NCBI GenBank assembly: GCA_040751795.1
Contig: JBFMHR010000001.1
Location: 288,001 to 352,000 of the forward strand
Length of the DNA: 64,000 bases
Direction of reading: 5' to 3'
Source of the DNA: Thermoplasmatota archaeon
GTDB lineage: Archaea; Thermoplasmatota; Thermoplasmata; UBA10834
Position numbers and translations under genes: made by a program. Under the pieces are notes generated by a model that was given only the letters and a program-made list of their open reading frames with translations, had not been told where the DNA came from and ran no database searches. Within the stretch, counting starts at the first letter, position 1. Each line of letters opens with the position of its first letter. Shown here piece after piece: positions 36,114 to 45,727 of the stretch.

Positions 36114-37421
36114 ATGCGAGCGAAAGTCATCATAATGGGGGCTGCCGGAAGGGACTTCCACAACTTCAACGTCTACTTCCGCGACAACGCCAACTACGAG
36201 GTAGTGGCGTTCACGGCGACGCAGATACCGAACATCGAGGGGCGGAAGTATCCGGCCGTCCTCGCGGGCAAGCTCTATCCCAAGGGGATAGACATCTACC
36301 CCGAGAAGGACCTCGTCGACCTCATCAGGAAGCACGGGGTCGAGCAGGTCGTGTTCGCATACTCGGACATAGCGCACGTCGACGTCATGCACAAGGCGTC
36401 CATCGTGAACGCCGCCGGCGCCGACTTCAGGCTGATGGGCGGCAACCAGACCGCGGTCAAGTCCAAGGTGCCCGTCATCGCGGTGTGCGCCGTCAGGACC
36501 GGCTCCGGCAAGAGCCAGACCACGAGGGCGATCGCGTCCATCCTCAGGGCCAAGGGCCGCAGGGTCGTGGCCATAAGGCACCCGATGCCCTACGGCGACC
36601 TCGCGAAGCAGGCCGTGCAGAGGTTCGCGACCTACGAGGACCTCGACAAGCACGAGTGCACCATCGAGGAGAGGGAGGAGTACGAGCCCCACATAGACAA
36701 GGGGATCATCGTCTACGCGGGCGTCGACTACGAGAAGATCCTGAGGCAGGCGGAGCAGGAGGCAGACGTCGTCCTCTGGGACGGCGGGAACAACGACACC
36801 CCGTTCTACGTGCCGGACCTGCACATCGTCGTCGCGGACCCGCACAGGGCGGAGCACGGCAGGCTCTACCACCCGGGCGAGGCGAACATGCGCATGGCCA
36901 ACGTCATAATCATCAACAAGGTCGACACGGCCGACCCGAAGAAGGTCGAGCTGGTCAGGCAGATCGCCGCGGAGCTCAACCCCAAGGCGAAGGTCATACT
37001 GGCCGACTCGCCGGTCACGGCGGAGGACCCGGCCGCCATCAAGGGCAAGAAGGTCCTGGTCATCGAGGACGGGCCGACGGTCACCCACGGCGACATGACC
37101 TTCGGCGCCGGCATGATAGCCGCGAAGGACTCCGGCGCGAAGGAGGTCATAGACCCGAGGCCCTTCGCTGTCGACTCGATCAAGGCCACGTTCGAGAAGT
37201 ACAGGCACCTGGAGAAGGTCCTCCCGGCCATGGGCTACGGCGACCAGCAGGTCAAGGACCTGCAGGAGACCATCAACAGGGCGAAGTGCGATGTTGTCGT
37301 GTCCGGCACGCCGATAGACCTGAACAGGGTGCTCAAGGCGAACAAGCCCCTGATCAGGGTGAGGTACGACCTGAAGGTCAGGGAGGGCGCCTCCCTGGAG
37401 GACCTGCTCAGGAAGTTCTGA
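36114..37421 (+). CDS. COG2403 P-loop protein (cDPG-synthetase-like; possibly arginine synthetase ArcE type)
   Basis: IMGAAGRDFHNFN, RTGSGKS, RHPMPYG, TIEEREEYE, WDGGNND, EDGPT, PAMGY. Confidence 0.75.
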   Translation: MRAKVIIMGAAGRDFHNFNVYFRDNANYEVVAFTATQIPNIEGRKYPAVLAGKLYPKGIDIYPEKDLVDLIRKHGVEQVVFAYSDIAHVDVMHKASIVNAAGADFRLMGGNQTAVKSKVPVIAVCAVRTGSGKSQTTRAIASILRAKGRRVVAIRHPMPYGDLAKQAVQRFATYEDLDKHECTIEEREEYEPHIDKGIIVYAGVDYEKILRQAEQEADVVLWDGGNNDTPFYVPDLHIVVADPHRAEHGRLYHPGEANMRMANVIIINKVDTADPKKVELVRQIAAELNPKAKVILADSPVTAEDPAAIKGKKVLVIEDGPTVTHGDMTFGAGMIAAKDSGAKEVIDPRPFAVDSIKATFEKYRHLEKVLPAMGYGDQQVKDLQETINRAKCDVVVSGTPIDLNRVLKANKPLIRVRYDLKVREGASLEDLLRKF

Positions 37422-37462
37422 CCCTCAAAAGGGTTAAGGCGGCCCTCAGGGATTAGGCCCCC

Positions 37463-37567
37463 GCGGGAGTAGCCAAGCCTGGACAACGGCGCAGGACTTA
37501 AGGTCCACGCACTGGATAGGATATCCGGTCTCACAGGAGTACGGGGGTTCGAATCCCCTCTCCCGCA
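37463..37567 (+). tRNA. tRNA-Leu(TAA) with 20-nt intron (37503-37522); CCA not encoded
   Basis: Acceptor GCGGGAG/CTCCCGC plus A; anticodon TAA 37499-37501; long variable arm; GTTCGAATC T-loop; bulge-helix-bulge at 37/38. Confidence 0.93.
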
Positions 37568-37735
37568 CGCTGTCCACATCCGTTCAGAAGGCTTTTAATC
37601 CCGAACAGCGACACTATTTAGATGGGCAGGGGAATACCCCCTCCGGGGGGTATGCTTGAGGAGATCCATCAAGTCGCGTGGGGGTGAAAGGTCAGAATCG
37701 TCCACGTCCCTCCGAACGTTGGAGGGGTTCGAGAG

Positions 37736-39700
37736 ATGATTCCTGATAGGACGCTGCTCAGGGTGTGGGGGTTCGTGGCGATCGTCGTGGGGTGCATGAT
37801 GTTCACCCCGCTCTATTCCCTCGTGGGGGCCACGATCGCCCAGGAGGAGGAGGAGCCCGAGAAGATCCTCAGGGCCGGGTTCCTCCAGCCGGTCGACAGC
37901 ATGAACCCGATGCTCGGCCTGAACGACGCCTCTTACATATTCTACGGGCTGATATACGACAACCCGCACTGCATCGACAAGGAGATGAACATCGAGGGCA
38001 ACCTGGTCGTCGACACGCGGCCGGTCCCCGCTACGGACCCGGAGATCGCCCTGGCAGGCAGGCCCTACGGCTCGATATGGGAGTACGACATCACGACGAA
38101 CGCCAGGTGGCACGACGGAGAGCCCTTCACCATCGAGGACTTCGTCTGGAACATGGAGCTGCACTCCGAATACTACGACATCATGTGGGCGTTCCAGCCC
38201 TACTCGTACTTCATGGAGAAGGTCGAGAAGGTCGACGAGGACACCGCCAGGATCTACTACTTCAACAGGGAGACGAGCGAGCCGATGGCGTGCTCCTACG
38301 CGTACCTCCTCGCGGTCTTCCTGATGCCCAGGCACCTGCTCTCCTCGGAGAGCGCCTCGTACATCAGCTTCGAGTGGCCCGGGAGCTTCGACGACACGCC
38401 GCTCCCGGTCGTCGGCACCGGCCCGTTCATGGTGACTGACGAGATCGAGGACGAGTGGACCGCCGGCGACCACCTGACCCTCGTGCGGAACCCCAACTAC
38501 CACTGGGGCGAGGACAAGGGGATGAACATCTCCTTCGACAAGATAGTCATGTACTTCTACGACGACGCGACCTCGATGAGGCTCGCCCTCACGTCCGGGG
38601 ACCTCGACATAGCCCAGTTCCCGCCGGAGACGTACAAGGCCCTGAAGGACGGCATCGCCGACGGGACCTACGACAACCTGGCCAGCTACGACGGCCTGAA
38701 GTGCACCCAGTACTGGACGGAGATCGAGTTCTGCATGAACGAGGGAGGGCCCAACCCGTCGAGGCTGGACCCGGCGATAAGGCAGGCGCTCGCGACCGCC
38801 ACGGACAAGGAGTACATCGTCACCAACTACTACAGGAGCCTGGCCGAGGAGGGCACGACCCTCATCCCGTCCATAAACGAGAAGTGGCACTACGAGCCGA
38901 CGGCGGACGAGAAGTTCGTGTACGACCTCGAGGCGGCGGCCGAGATGCTCGACGACGCCGGCTACAGGTACCCGTACGACGGGGCGGAGCTCAGGGAGGT
39001 CATGGCCGACAGCCTCGCGGCGAAGGAGGGGTGGGCCCCGCCGGGCACCGACCTCTCATACCACATGTACGTCAGGAGGGAGTACCCCGAGGAGGCCCTC
39101 ATCGCCAAGTACCTCAAGGAGACCTGGGCCCAAATCGGCGTCGGGCTGAACTACGAGGTCGTGGACGAGTCATACATGAGCACCGAGGTCTACTCCTACG
39201 AGTACGACACCTGCATATGGTACTGGAGCGCCGACATAGACCCCAACTACATGCTGTTCTGCCAGTCCAAGATCGCGTGGAGCGGCTGGAGCGACAACAA
39301 GTACTACAACGAGAGCTACGAGGAGAACTACCTGGCGTCGGTCAGCGCGATGGACGATGACGAGCGCAAGACCTACGTCGACAACTGCCAGCGGATACAC
39401 TACAGGGACGCGGCCTTCATCATAATGGCTGCGCCGTACCAGACCTACGTCTGGAGGACCGACACCTTCGAGAACTGGGGCGACTGGGACGACAGCCCGG
39501 GCATGAGCATGGACAACTTCTGGGGAGGGAACCCGCTGTTCTTCGACCTCGAGTACATCGGGGACAGGACCCAGGGCTTCGACCTCGGCTCCGCGCTGAT
39601 GTTCGGCGGGGTGATCGCGGCGGTGGTGGTCGCGGTGGCAGCCATCTGGCTGCTCAAGAAGAGGGGGAAGAAGGGGAAGGCGAGCCCGTTGGGCGAATGA
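37736..39700 (+). CDS. Peptide ABC transporter substrate-binding protein (family 5), C-terminal membrane anchor
   Basis: DSMNP, ARWHDGEPFTIED, VGTGPF, LVRNPNY, IRQAL; hydrophobic C-terminus followed by KKRGKK. Confidence 0.9.
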   Translation: MIPDRTLLRVWGFVAIVVGCMMFTPLYSLVGATIAQEEEEPEKILRAGFLQPVDSMNPMLGLNDASYIFYGLIYDNPHCIDKEMNIEGNLVVDTRPVPATDPEIALAGRPYGSIWEYDITTNARWHDGEPFTIEDFVWNMELHSEYYDIMWAFQPYSYFMEKVEKVDEDTARIYYFNRETSEPMACSYAYLLAVFLMPRHLLSSESASYISFEWPGSFDDTPLPVVGTGPFMVTDEIEDEWTAGDHLTLVRNPNYHWGEDKGMNISFDKIVMYFYDDATSMRLALTSGDLDIAQFPPETYKALKDGIADGTYDNLASYDGLKCTQYWTEIEFCMNEGGPNPSRLDPAIRQALATATDKEYIVTNYYRSLAEEGTTLIPSINEKWHYEPTADEKFVYDLEAAAEMLDDAGYRYPYDGAELREVMADSLAAKEGWAPPGTDLSYHMYVRREYPEEALIAKYLKETWAQIGVGLNYEVVDESYMSTEVYSYEYDTCIWYWSADIDPNYMLFCQSKIAWSGWSDNKYYNESYEENYLASVSAMDDDERKTYVDNCQRIHYRDAAFIIMAAPYQTYVWRTDTFENWGDWDDSPGMSMDNFWGGNPLFFDLEYIGDRTQGFDLGSALMFGGVIAAVVVAVAAIWLLKKRGKKGKASPLGE

Positions 39701-39789
39701 GGAGCGGCCCCTCACCGGGGCCCTCCGAGGCCCTCTGGGCGACGAGTCGCGCAGAGGGCACGATGAACGCTGGAGAGGAGGGATGACAG

Positions 39790-40788
39790 GTGGACATGAG
39801 GAGGTTCGTGATCAAGAAGACCATCTACCTGGCGATCACGCTCTTCGCGATCCTCCTCACCAACTTCGTCCTCTTCCGGATAATGCCCGGCGACCCCATC
39901 AGGGCCTGGATCCCGAAGGGGATCAGCCCTGAGGTGGCCGAGATCATAAGGGAGAACCTGCACCTCAACGACCCGATGTACGAGCAGTTCTACTACTACC
40001 TGGTCAACGTCTTCCAGCTCGACTTCGGCGTCACCTCCTCGTACCAGATGGGCACCGAGGTCACGGAGATCCTCATACCCAGGATATTCAACACCCTCGT
40101 GCTCGTGGGGATCGGCACTGCGATAGCCGTCTTCGCCGGGGTCGCCCTGGGGAGATACGTCGCGTGGAGGAGGGGGCAGGCGGCGGACACCGTCGGCATG
40201 GCCTTCACCCTCACCTTCTACACGATGCCCACGTTCCTCCTGGCCCTCGGGCTCCTCATACTCTTCGCGGGCACCCTCGACTGGTTCCCCCTCAGGGGCG
40301 CCTACGGCGAGATACCGTTCATGGACAACCCGCCGCCGTACTCCCAGATGAGCCTCCTCGAGAAGGTCGTGAGCAGGGGGTACCACATCGTCCTCCCCGT
40401 CCTCGCCTTCAGCATACAGATCATGGCCGACTTCGTCCTCATAATGAGGAACTCGCTCACGGACGTCCTCACCGAGGACTACATAGTCACCGCGAGGGCG
40501 AAGGGGCTGTCGGACGAGGCGGTCCTGAAGGACCACGCCATGAGGAACGCCCTCCTCCCCGTGGTCACGGTCATGGCCATAGCCTTCGGCTGGGTCGTCG
40601 GCGGGGAGATCATGGTCGAGCTCATCTTCTCGTACGAGGGGATAGGCCAGCTGACCTGGGACGCGGTCAACAAGCGGGACTTCCCCCTCCTCCAGGCGCT
40701 GTTCCTGATAATGGCCGTCGGGGTCCTCTTCGCCAACCTGATCGCGGACATAGTCTACACCTACCTCGATCCGAGGGTGAAGATATGA
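39790..40788 (+). CDS. Peptide ABC permease (DppB/OppB family)
   Basis: RIMPGDP, DFGVT, EDYIVTARAKGL, HAMRNALLP. Confidence 0.92.
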   Translation: MDMRRFVIKKTIYLAITLFAILLTNFVLFRIMPGDPIRAWIPKGISPEVAEIIRENLHLNDPMYEQFYYYLVNVFQLDFGVTSSYQMGTEVTEILIPRIFNTLVLVGIGTAIAVFAGVALGRYVAWRRGQAADTVGMAFTLTFYTMPTFLLALGLLILFAGTLDWFPLRGAYGEIPFMDNPPPYSQMSLLEKVVSRGYHIVLPVLAFSIQIMADFVLIMRNSLTDVLTEDYIVTARAKGLSDEAVLKDHAMRNALLPVVTVMAIAFGWVVGGEIMVELIFSYEGIGQLTWDAVNKRDFPLLQALFLIMAVGVLFANLIADIVYTYLDPRVKI

Positions 40789-42497
40789 GGGCCTCCCGGA
40801 CGTCCCACGGACCCCTGCTCGCCGTGGCGCTATGCGCGCTCGCCGTCACCGCGGCGCTGCTCGGCGCCTTCCGGCCCGATGGCGCGGCCCCGGACAGGCC
40901 CGCGCTCCTGCAGGCGCAGGACGCTACACCGCCCGTGGCGGACGCCGGCGGGAACATGACGGCGTACGTGGGCTTCGAGGCCGTCCTCAACGGCAGCGGC
41001 TCCTCCGACAACCTCGGCATCGCGGACTACACGTGGACCATCTGGCTGGCCACACCCGTCGTCCTGACGGGTGAGACGGCCCCGCACACGTTCTCGTCCG
41101 CGGGCGAGTTCGACGTGACGCTCAACGTCACCGACCACGAGGGGAACTGGGACGTGGATGCGATCGTCGTCACGGTGGTCGAGGACCTCACCCCTCCCGT
41201 GAGCCACGCCGGGTACAGCAGGAACGTCACCGTGGGGGCGGTCGTGGACATGAGCGCGCGGCTGTCCGCGGACCCGCAGACGGGGATATCCAACTACACC
41301 TGGAACCTCACGCACCGGGGGGTGCCGGTCCTCCTCTACGGACGCGAGGTGGAGTTCGTGTTCGAGGAGCCTGGCACGTACCTTGTCACCCTCACCGTCA
41401 CCAACGGGGTCGGCCTGACCAACACCTCCTCGATAGTGGTGGTCGCCAGGGAGCCGCCCACGTGGCTCTCCCAGAACTGGACATGGGTCGCCGCAGCCCT
41501 AGTGACAGCCGGAGTCTGCGCGCTGGAGGCCAGGAGGAGGCTCAGGAAGAACGGGATGCTCCTCACCAACGCCGAGCGGGAGAAGCTCGGCCTGCGCGTC
41601 AAGGAGCTGAGGCGGGTCTGGGGGCTCCTCCGGGCCAACACCCTGGGGTTCGCGGGGACCGTCGTGCTGACCGTGTTCATACTGATGGCGGTGTTCGCCC
41701 CCGTCATCTCCACGGTCCAGGACCCGAACCTCGTGGTGAACCACGAGCAGACCCTGGAGGGGCTCTGGGACAACCCCTCGCCGCCCTCGCTGGACCCGTC
41801 GCCGTACACCGGCTTCAGGCACCCCCTGGGCACCGACAGCATCGGCCAGGACGTCTACAGCCTGACCCTCTACGGCGCGAGGGCGTCGCTCCTCGTCGGC
41901 TTCGTGGCGACGGCCATATCCATCGTGCTGGGCGTCGCGATAGGCCTGGTCGCGGGCTACTTCGGCAAGCTCACCGACGAGATCCTGATGAGGTTCACGG
42001 ACTACTTCCTTGTCCTCCCCTGGTTCCCCCTGATGATCGTCCTCATGACCGTCCTGGGGCAGGAGTTCGTCTGGGTCATAGTGGTCATAGGCATCACCAG
42101 CTGGCCCTCGACGGCGAGGATCGTGAGGTCGCAGGTGCTCACGGTCAAGGAGAGGGCGTTCATCGAGAGGGCGCGCGCGATAGGGGCGGGGGACATGTAC
42201 ATAATGAGGAGGCACGTCTTCCCCAACGTCCTGCCGCTGGTGTTCGCCAACACCGTCCTCCTGATCTCCCTCGCGATATTCTCGGAGGCGTTCCTGGACT
42301 TCTTCGGCCTCGGGGACCCCGACGTCATCAGCTGGGGGACGATGCTCGAGGCGGCGTACAGCTACGGCGCCTTCGACTCGGGTTCGTGGTGGTGGGTGCT
42401 GCCGCCGTCGCTGTCCATCATCCTCTGCGTCCTGGCGTTCTCGCTCGTCGGCTACGCCCTGGACGACATATTCAACCCGCGGCTGAGGAAGAGGTGA
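40785..42497 (+). CDS. Peptide ABC permease (DppC/OppC family) fused to signal peptide and two PKD domains
   Basis: PVADAG..LNGSGSSDN..YTW and FEEPGTYLVTLTVTN PKD repeats; HPLGTDSIGQD, ARIVRSQVL, FIERARAIGA. Confidence 0.85.
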   Translation: MRASRTSHGPLLAVALCALAVTAALLGAFRPDGAAPDRPALLQAQDATPPVADAGGNMTAYVGFEAVLNGSGSSDNLGIADYTWTIWLATPVVLTGETAPHTFSSAGEFDVTLNVTDHEGNWDVDAIVVTVVEDLTPPVSHAGYSRNVTVGAVVDMSARLSADPQTGISNYTWNLTHRGVPVLLYGREVEFVFEEPGTYLVTLTVTNGVGLTNTSSIVVVAREPPTWLSQNWTWVAAALVTAGVCALEARRRLRKNGMLLTNAEREKLGLRVKELRRVWGLLRANTLGFAGTVVLTVFILMAVFAPVISTVQDPNLVVNHEQTLEGLWDNPSPPSLDPSPYTGFRHPLGTDSIGQDVYSLTLYGARASLLVGFVATAISIVLGVAIGLVAGYFGKLTDEILMRFTDYFLVLPWFPLMIVLMTVLGQEFVWVIVVIGITSWPSTARIVRSQVLTVKERAFIERARAIGAGDMYIMRRHVFPNVLPLVFANTVLLISLAIFSEAFLDFFGLGDPDVISWGTMLEAAYSYGAFDSGSWWWVLPPSLSIILCVLAFSLVGYALDDIFNPRLRKR

Positions 42498-42505
42498 CGG
42501 GAGGC

Positions 42506-43708
42506 TCAGGAGAGCCTCAGCACGGTCCTCGTGAACGACCTGGCGGCCGGCCCCAGCTGGGCGACGGAGATGGCCTCCTCCGCCTGGTGGTACCTCGCCA
42601 GCTCCCCGGACTCGCCCGGGCCCATGCATATCACGGGGACGCGCGCGTGCGCGGCGATTATGTTGTCGTCAGCCTCCGACATCCCGCACGCGACCGTAGG
42701 GGCCGCGCCCGTGCACTCGCGGATCGACTCGACCGCGGCCCTCACCAGGGGGCTGTCAGCGGGCGTCATGTGGGGGAGGTAGGGCTCCTTCTCGGTCGAC
42801 TTGAGCCTGACGATGACCTCGCCCCTCAGGCCGAGGCCGGCGATGACCCTGCGGATGTCCTCGGATATGTCGATCCTCCCGCCGGGGACGGTGCACCTGA
42901 CGACCTTCATGTTGCACCTGTCGGGCACCGTCAGGCTCCCGGTGCCGCCGTTCATGAGAAGCACGGTCTGCGACTCCGCCAGCGGGGCGAGGCTGTCCGC
43001 CAGGATGCCGTCCGCCTTCGCCATCTCCATCCCTTCGAGGGCGAGGACCACCTTCGAGCCCTCCACCACCGCGTTGATCCCCTTCTGCGGGGTGGCGCCG
43101 TGCGCGGAGCTCCCCCTGACCTCGATCTCGTAGTAGGAGCCCCCTCTCCTGCCGGCAGTGACGACCTTGAGGCCGCCGAACCCCTCGCCGACGATGACCG
43201 CCTTGGCGTCCTTCATCTCGCCTGCGCGTATCAGGGCCCTCGTGCCGTCCCCGTCCTTCTCCTCGCCGGAGACGGCCTGGAACGACAGGTGCACCCTGTC
43301 CTGGAGGTCCATCCTGCTGACCGCCTTCATGGCGACCATCATCGCCGCGAGCCCGCACTTCATGTCCAGCGAGCCGAGTCCGTAGAGCATGCCGTCCTCC
43401 ACGGACGCTCTGTAGGGGTCGTGCACCCAGCCGGACATTATCTCGACCGTGTCCATGTGCCCGCTGAGTACGATCTTGGGCAGCGCAGGGTTGCCGTAGT
43501 CCGCAATGACGTCCGGCCCGTATCCCTCGACATCGAGGAACCTCGGCGAGAAGCCCCAGGACTCCAGCCTCGAGGCGATGAACTCGGCGATCCTCGCCTC
43601 GCTCCCGAAGACGCTCGGGATGCGGATCATGTCCCTCGCCAGGCTCAGGACCTCCGCCTCGTCCACGTGTCTCTCGTACCCCGCGACCTCTGAAGCATCC
43701 AATGCCAT
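42506..43708 (-). CDS. M20 family metallopeptidase (ArgE/DapE-like)
   Basis: SGHMDTV, LYGLGSLDMKCG, GEEKDG, SAHGATP, YHQAEE. Confidence 0.88.
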   Translation of the reverse strand: MALDASEVAGYERHVDEAEVLSLARDMIRIPSVFGSEARIAEFIASRLESWGFSPRFLDVEGYGPDVIADYGNPALPKIVLSGHMDTVEIMSGWVHDPYRASVEDGMLYGLGSLDMKCGLAAMMVAMKAVSRMDLQDRVHLSFQAVSGEEKDGDGTRALIRAGEMKDAKAVIVGEGFGGLKVVTAGRRGGSYYEIEVRGSSAHGATPQKGINAVVEGSKVVLALEGMEMAKADGILADSLAPLAESQTVLLMNGGTGSLTVPDRCNMKVVRCTVPGGRIDISEDIRRVIAGLGLRGEVIVRLKSTEKEPYLPHMTPADSPLVRAAVESIRECTGAAPTVACGMSEADDNIIAAHARVPVICMGPGESGELARYHQAEEAISVAQLGPAARSFTRTVLRLS

Positions 43709-43820
43709 CGAGCGCACCACCTGCGTCACGACCGGAAGGATGGTCCCGCCCATTAACCTTGCTGGGACGACGAAAACCATTGACTACCAGTAACGGATAT
43801 GGTGTGAGGAGGGGACCACG

Positions 43821-45443
43821 ATGAGCGATGGACATGCGGATGCGTTCAGGCGGGCCTCGGAGTTCGCCGACCTGTCGATGTGGAAGCACGCCACCCCGGG
43901 CATGGTGCTGGGGATCACGGACAAGCGGGGGACCCTCTTCGCCAAGGCCAAGGGGTTCTCCGACGCCGTCTCCAGGCGCCCGCTGTCGCCTGACGCGCTC
44001 TTCCAGATAGGGTCGGTCAGCAAGTCGTTCACATGCATCGCGCTGCTCCAGGCCGCGGAGAGGGGCGAGGTGGACCTCCACGAGCCCGTCGGCAGGTACC
44101 TCCCCTGGTTCTCCGTGCGGTCCCGGTACCCGGACATCACCCTCCACCACCTGATGACCCACACGGGCGGCATCATACTGGGCTCCGACGCGACGCCCAC
44201 CGCGTGGACCGAGGTCTGGGACCTGAGGGACGAGGAGGCCGCCTCCGAGCCGGGCACCCACTTCCACTACTCCAACAGCGGCTACAAGGCGCTCGGCCTG
44301 GTGCTCGAGACGGTCTGCGGGAAGGCGTACGACAGGGTCATCAGGGAGGGCGTCCTCGAGGCCGCGGGCATGAGGTCGACCGAGCCCGTGATCACCAACG
44401 CGGTCAGAGGGAGGCAGGCGGTCGCGCACCTCCCCCTGCACGACGACAGGCCGTCCAACCGCAGGTCTGAGATGTACCCAGCGCCGTGGTTCGAGAGCGA
44501 CACCGGGGACGGCTCGATATGCGCCCCCCTCGAGGACATGCTGGCCTATGTGCGCCTGCTCCTCAACGGCGGGGAGGGGCCCTGGGGGCGTGCGATGTCG
44601 CCCGAGAGCTTCATGCTGATGACCACCCCGTACATAGTCCCCCAGGACGGGCTCCACGGAGGGGCATACGGCTACGGGCTGAACATCGAGACGGTCGACG
44701 GGCACAGGTACCTCGGACACCAGGGGGGCATGGTCGGCCACTACACGTCGATGCTGATGGACATGGACTCCGGCCTCGGCGCGATGGTATTGATCAACGG
44801 GCCGGGCGATGCAGAGGAGGTGGCGAGGTTCGCCCTGGCGTGCATGAGGGGATCGGTTGAGGGTCGGCTCCCTGAGGTGCCAACAAGGGCGGAGGCGTTC
44901 AGGAGGACCGACGCCGCCGACTTCGCCGGCACGTTCGCGGGGGACGACGGCTCCTTCGAGGTCGTAGAGAGAGACGGCACCCTGCACCTGTCCCGGCTGG
45001 GCCGCGAGGCGGTGCTCGAGCCGAGGGAGGGGGACACGTTCTTCGCGGACGCGGAGGGGCTCGAGCTGTTCCTCCTGGAGTTCGAGAGGGAGGGCGGGAA
45101 GGTCGTGCGCGCGCACCATGGCCCGAGCACGTACGCGAGGGCAGGGGCCCGGAAGGCCCGCGCCGGGGGCGCACCCGAGCGTGCTGTCAGGTACGAGGGC
45201 CACTACAGGTCGCACAACCCTTGGCTCTCCAACTTCAGGGTCGTCGACAGGATGGGCGGCCTCGCGTATGTGCCGCCTGACGGCGCCGCGAGGCCCATGG
45301 TCCACCTGGAAGGGCACAGGTTCCGGATCGGCGCCGAGGAGTGGTCCCCAGAGCGGATCGTGTTCGGGGGCGTCATCGACGGCGTCGCCACCTCGGCGGT
45401 CGTCTCCGGGGGGGGCAGGTTCGGCAGGACATTCACCCCGTGA
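43821..45443 (+). CDS. Serine hydrolase of beta-lactamase/D-aminopeptidase fold with C-terminal beta domains
   Basis: FQIGSVSKSF (SxxK), LMTHTGG, HYSN (YxN), GHQGG. Confidence 0.87.
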   Translation: MSDGHADAFRRASEFADLSMWKHATPGMVLGITDKRGTLFAKAKGFSDAVSRRPLSPDALFQIGSVSKSFTCIALLQAAERGEVDLHEPVGRYLPWFSVRSRYPDITLHHLMTHTGGIILGSDATPTAWTEVWDLRDEEAASEPGTHFHYSNSGYKALGLVLETVCGKAYDRVIREGVLEAAGMRSTEPVITNAVRGRQAVAHLPLHDDRPSNRRSEMYPAPWFESDTGDGSICAPLEDMLAYVRLLLNGGEGPWGRAMSPESFMLMTTPYIVPQDGLHGGAYGYGLNIETVDGHRYLGHQGGMVGHYTSMLMDMDSGLGAMVLINGPGDAEEVARFALACMRGSVEGRLPEVPTRAEAFRRTDAADFAGTFAGDDGSFEVVERDGTLHLSRLGREAVLEPREGDTFFADAEGLELFLLEFEREGGKVVRAHHGPSTYARAGARKARAGGAPERAVRYEGHYRSHNPWLSNFRVVDRMGGLAYVPPDGAARPMVHLEGHRFRIGAEEWSPERIVFGGVIDGVATSAVVSGGGRFGRTFTP

Positions 45444-45511
45444 CCGCCGGGTCCAGGGCTCACGCTGGTCCGGACGGGAATCTGCTCAAAATCGGTGAAG
45501 CCTCTGGGCGG

Positions 45512-45661
45512 CTACCTTCGCGCCAGGTGCGTGTAGTGGCACTCCGGGCATTCCATGGTCTTGCCCTCGGTCTCCACCAGCTTCACGTGCCTCTTGTGCT
45601 TCTCGCACTCCGGGCACATGACGTCCTTCTGTGTCTTCCTGAAGTAATCCAATATTCCCAT
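45512..45661 (-). CDS. 49-aa Zn-finger microprotein (not in ORF track)
   Basis: MGILDYFRKTQKDVMCPECEKHKRHVKLVETEGKTMECPECHYTHLARR; GGGAG SD; upstream TTTTTA box. Confidence 0.75.
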   Translation of the reverse strand: MGILDYFRKTQKDVMCPECEKHKRHVKLVETEGKTMECPECHYTHLARR

Positions 45662-45727
45662 GGTGACTCCCGTCCCGAGTATGAACGACGCGTGTAAAAA
45701 GGGTTGCGACGTTATGACATCGCACTC

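Noticed and set aside
37635-37654. Palindrome ATACCCCC..GGGGGTAT upstream of the ABC binding protein
   Set aside because: A single low-complexity hairpin; cannot distinguish operator from tRNA terminator or chance
37463-37735. Integrated element at the tRNA-Leu 3' end
   Set aside because: No integrase, no duplicated tRNA end and no compositional shift seen
43821-45443. Antibiotic-resistance beta-lactamase
   Set aside because: No signal peptide and an archaeal host; the fold also covers peptidases and esterases
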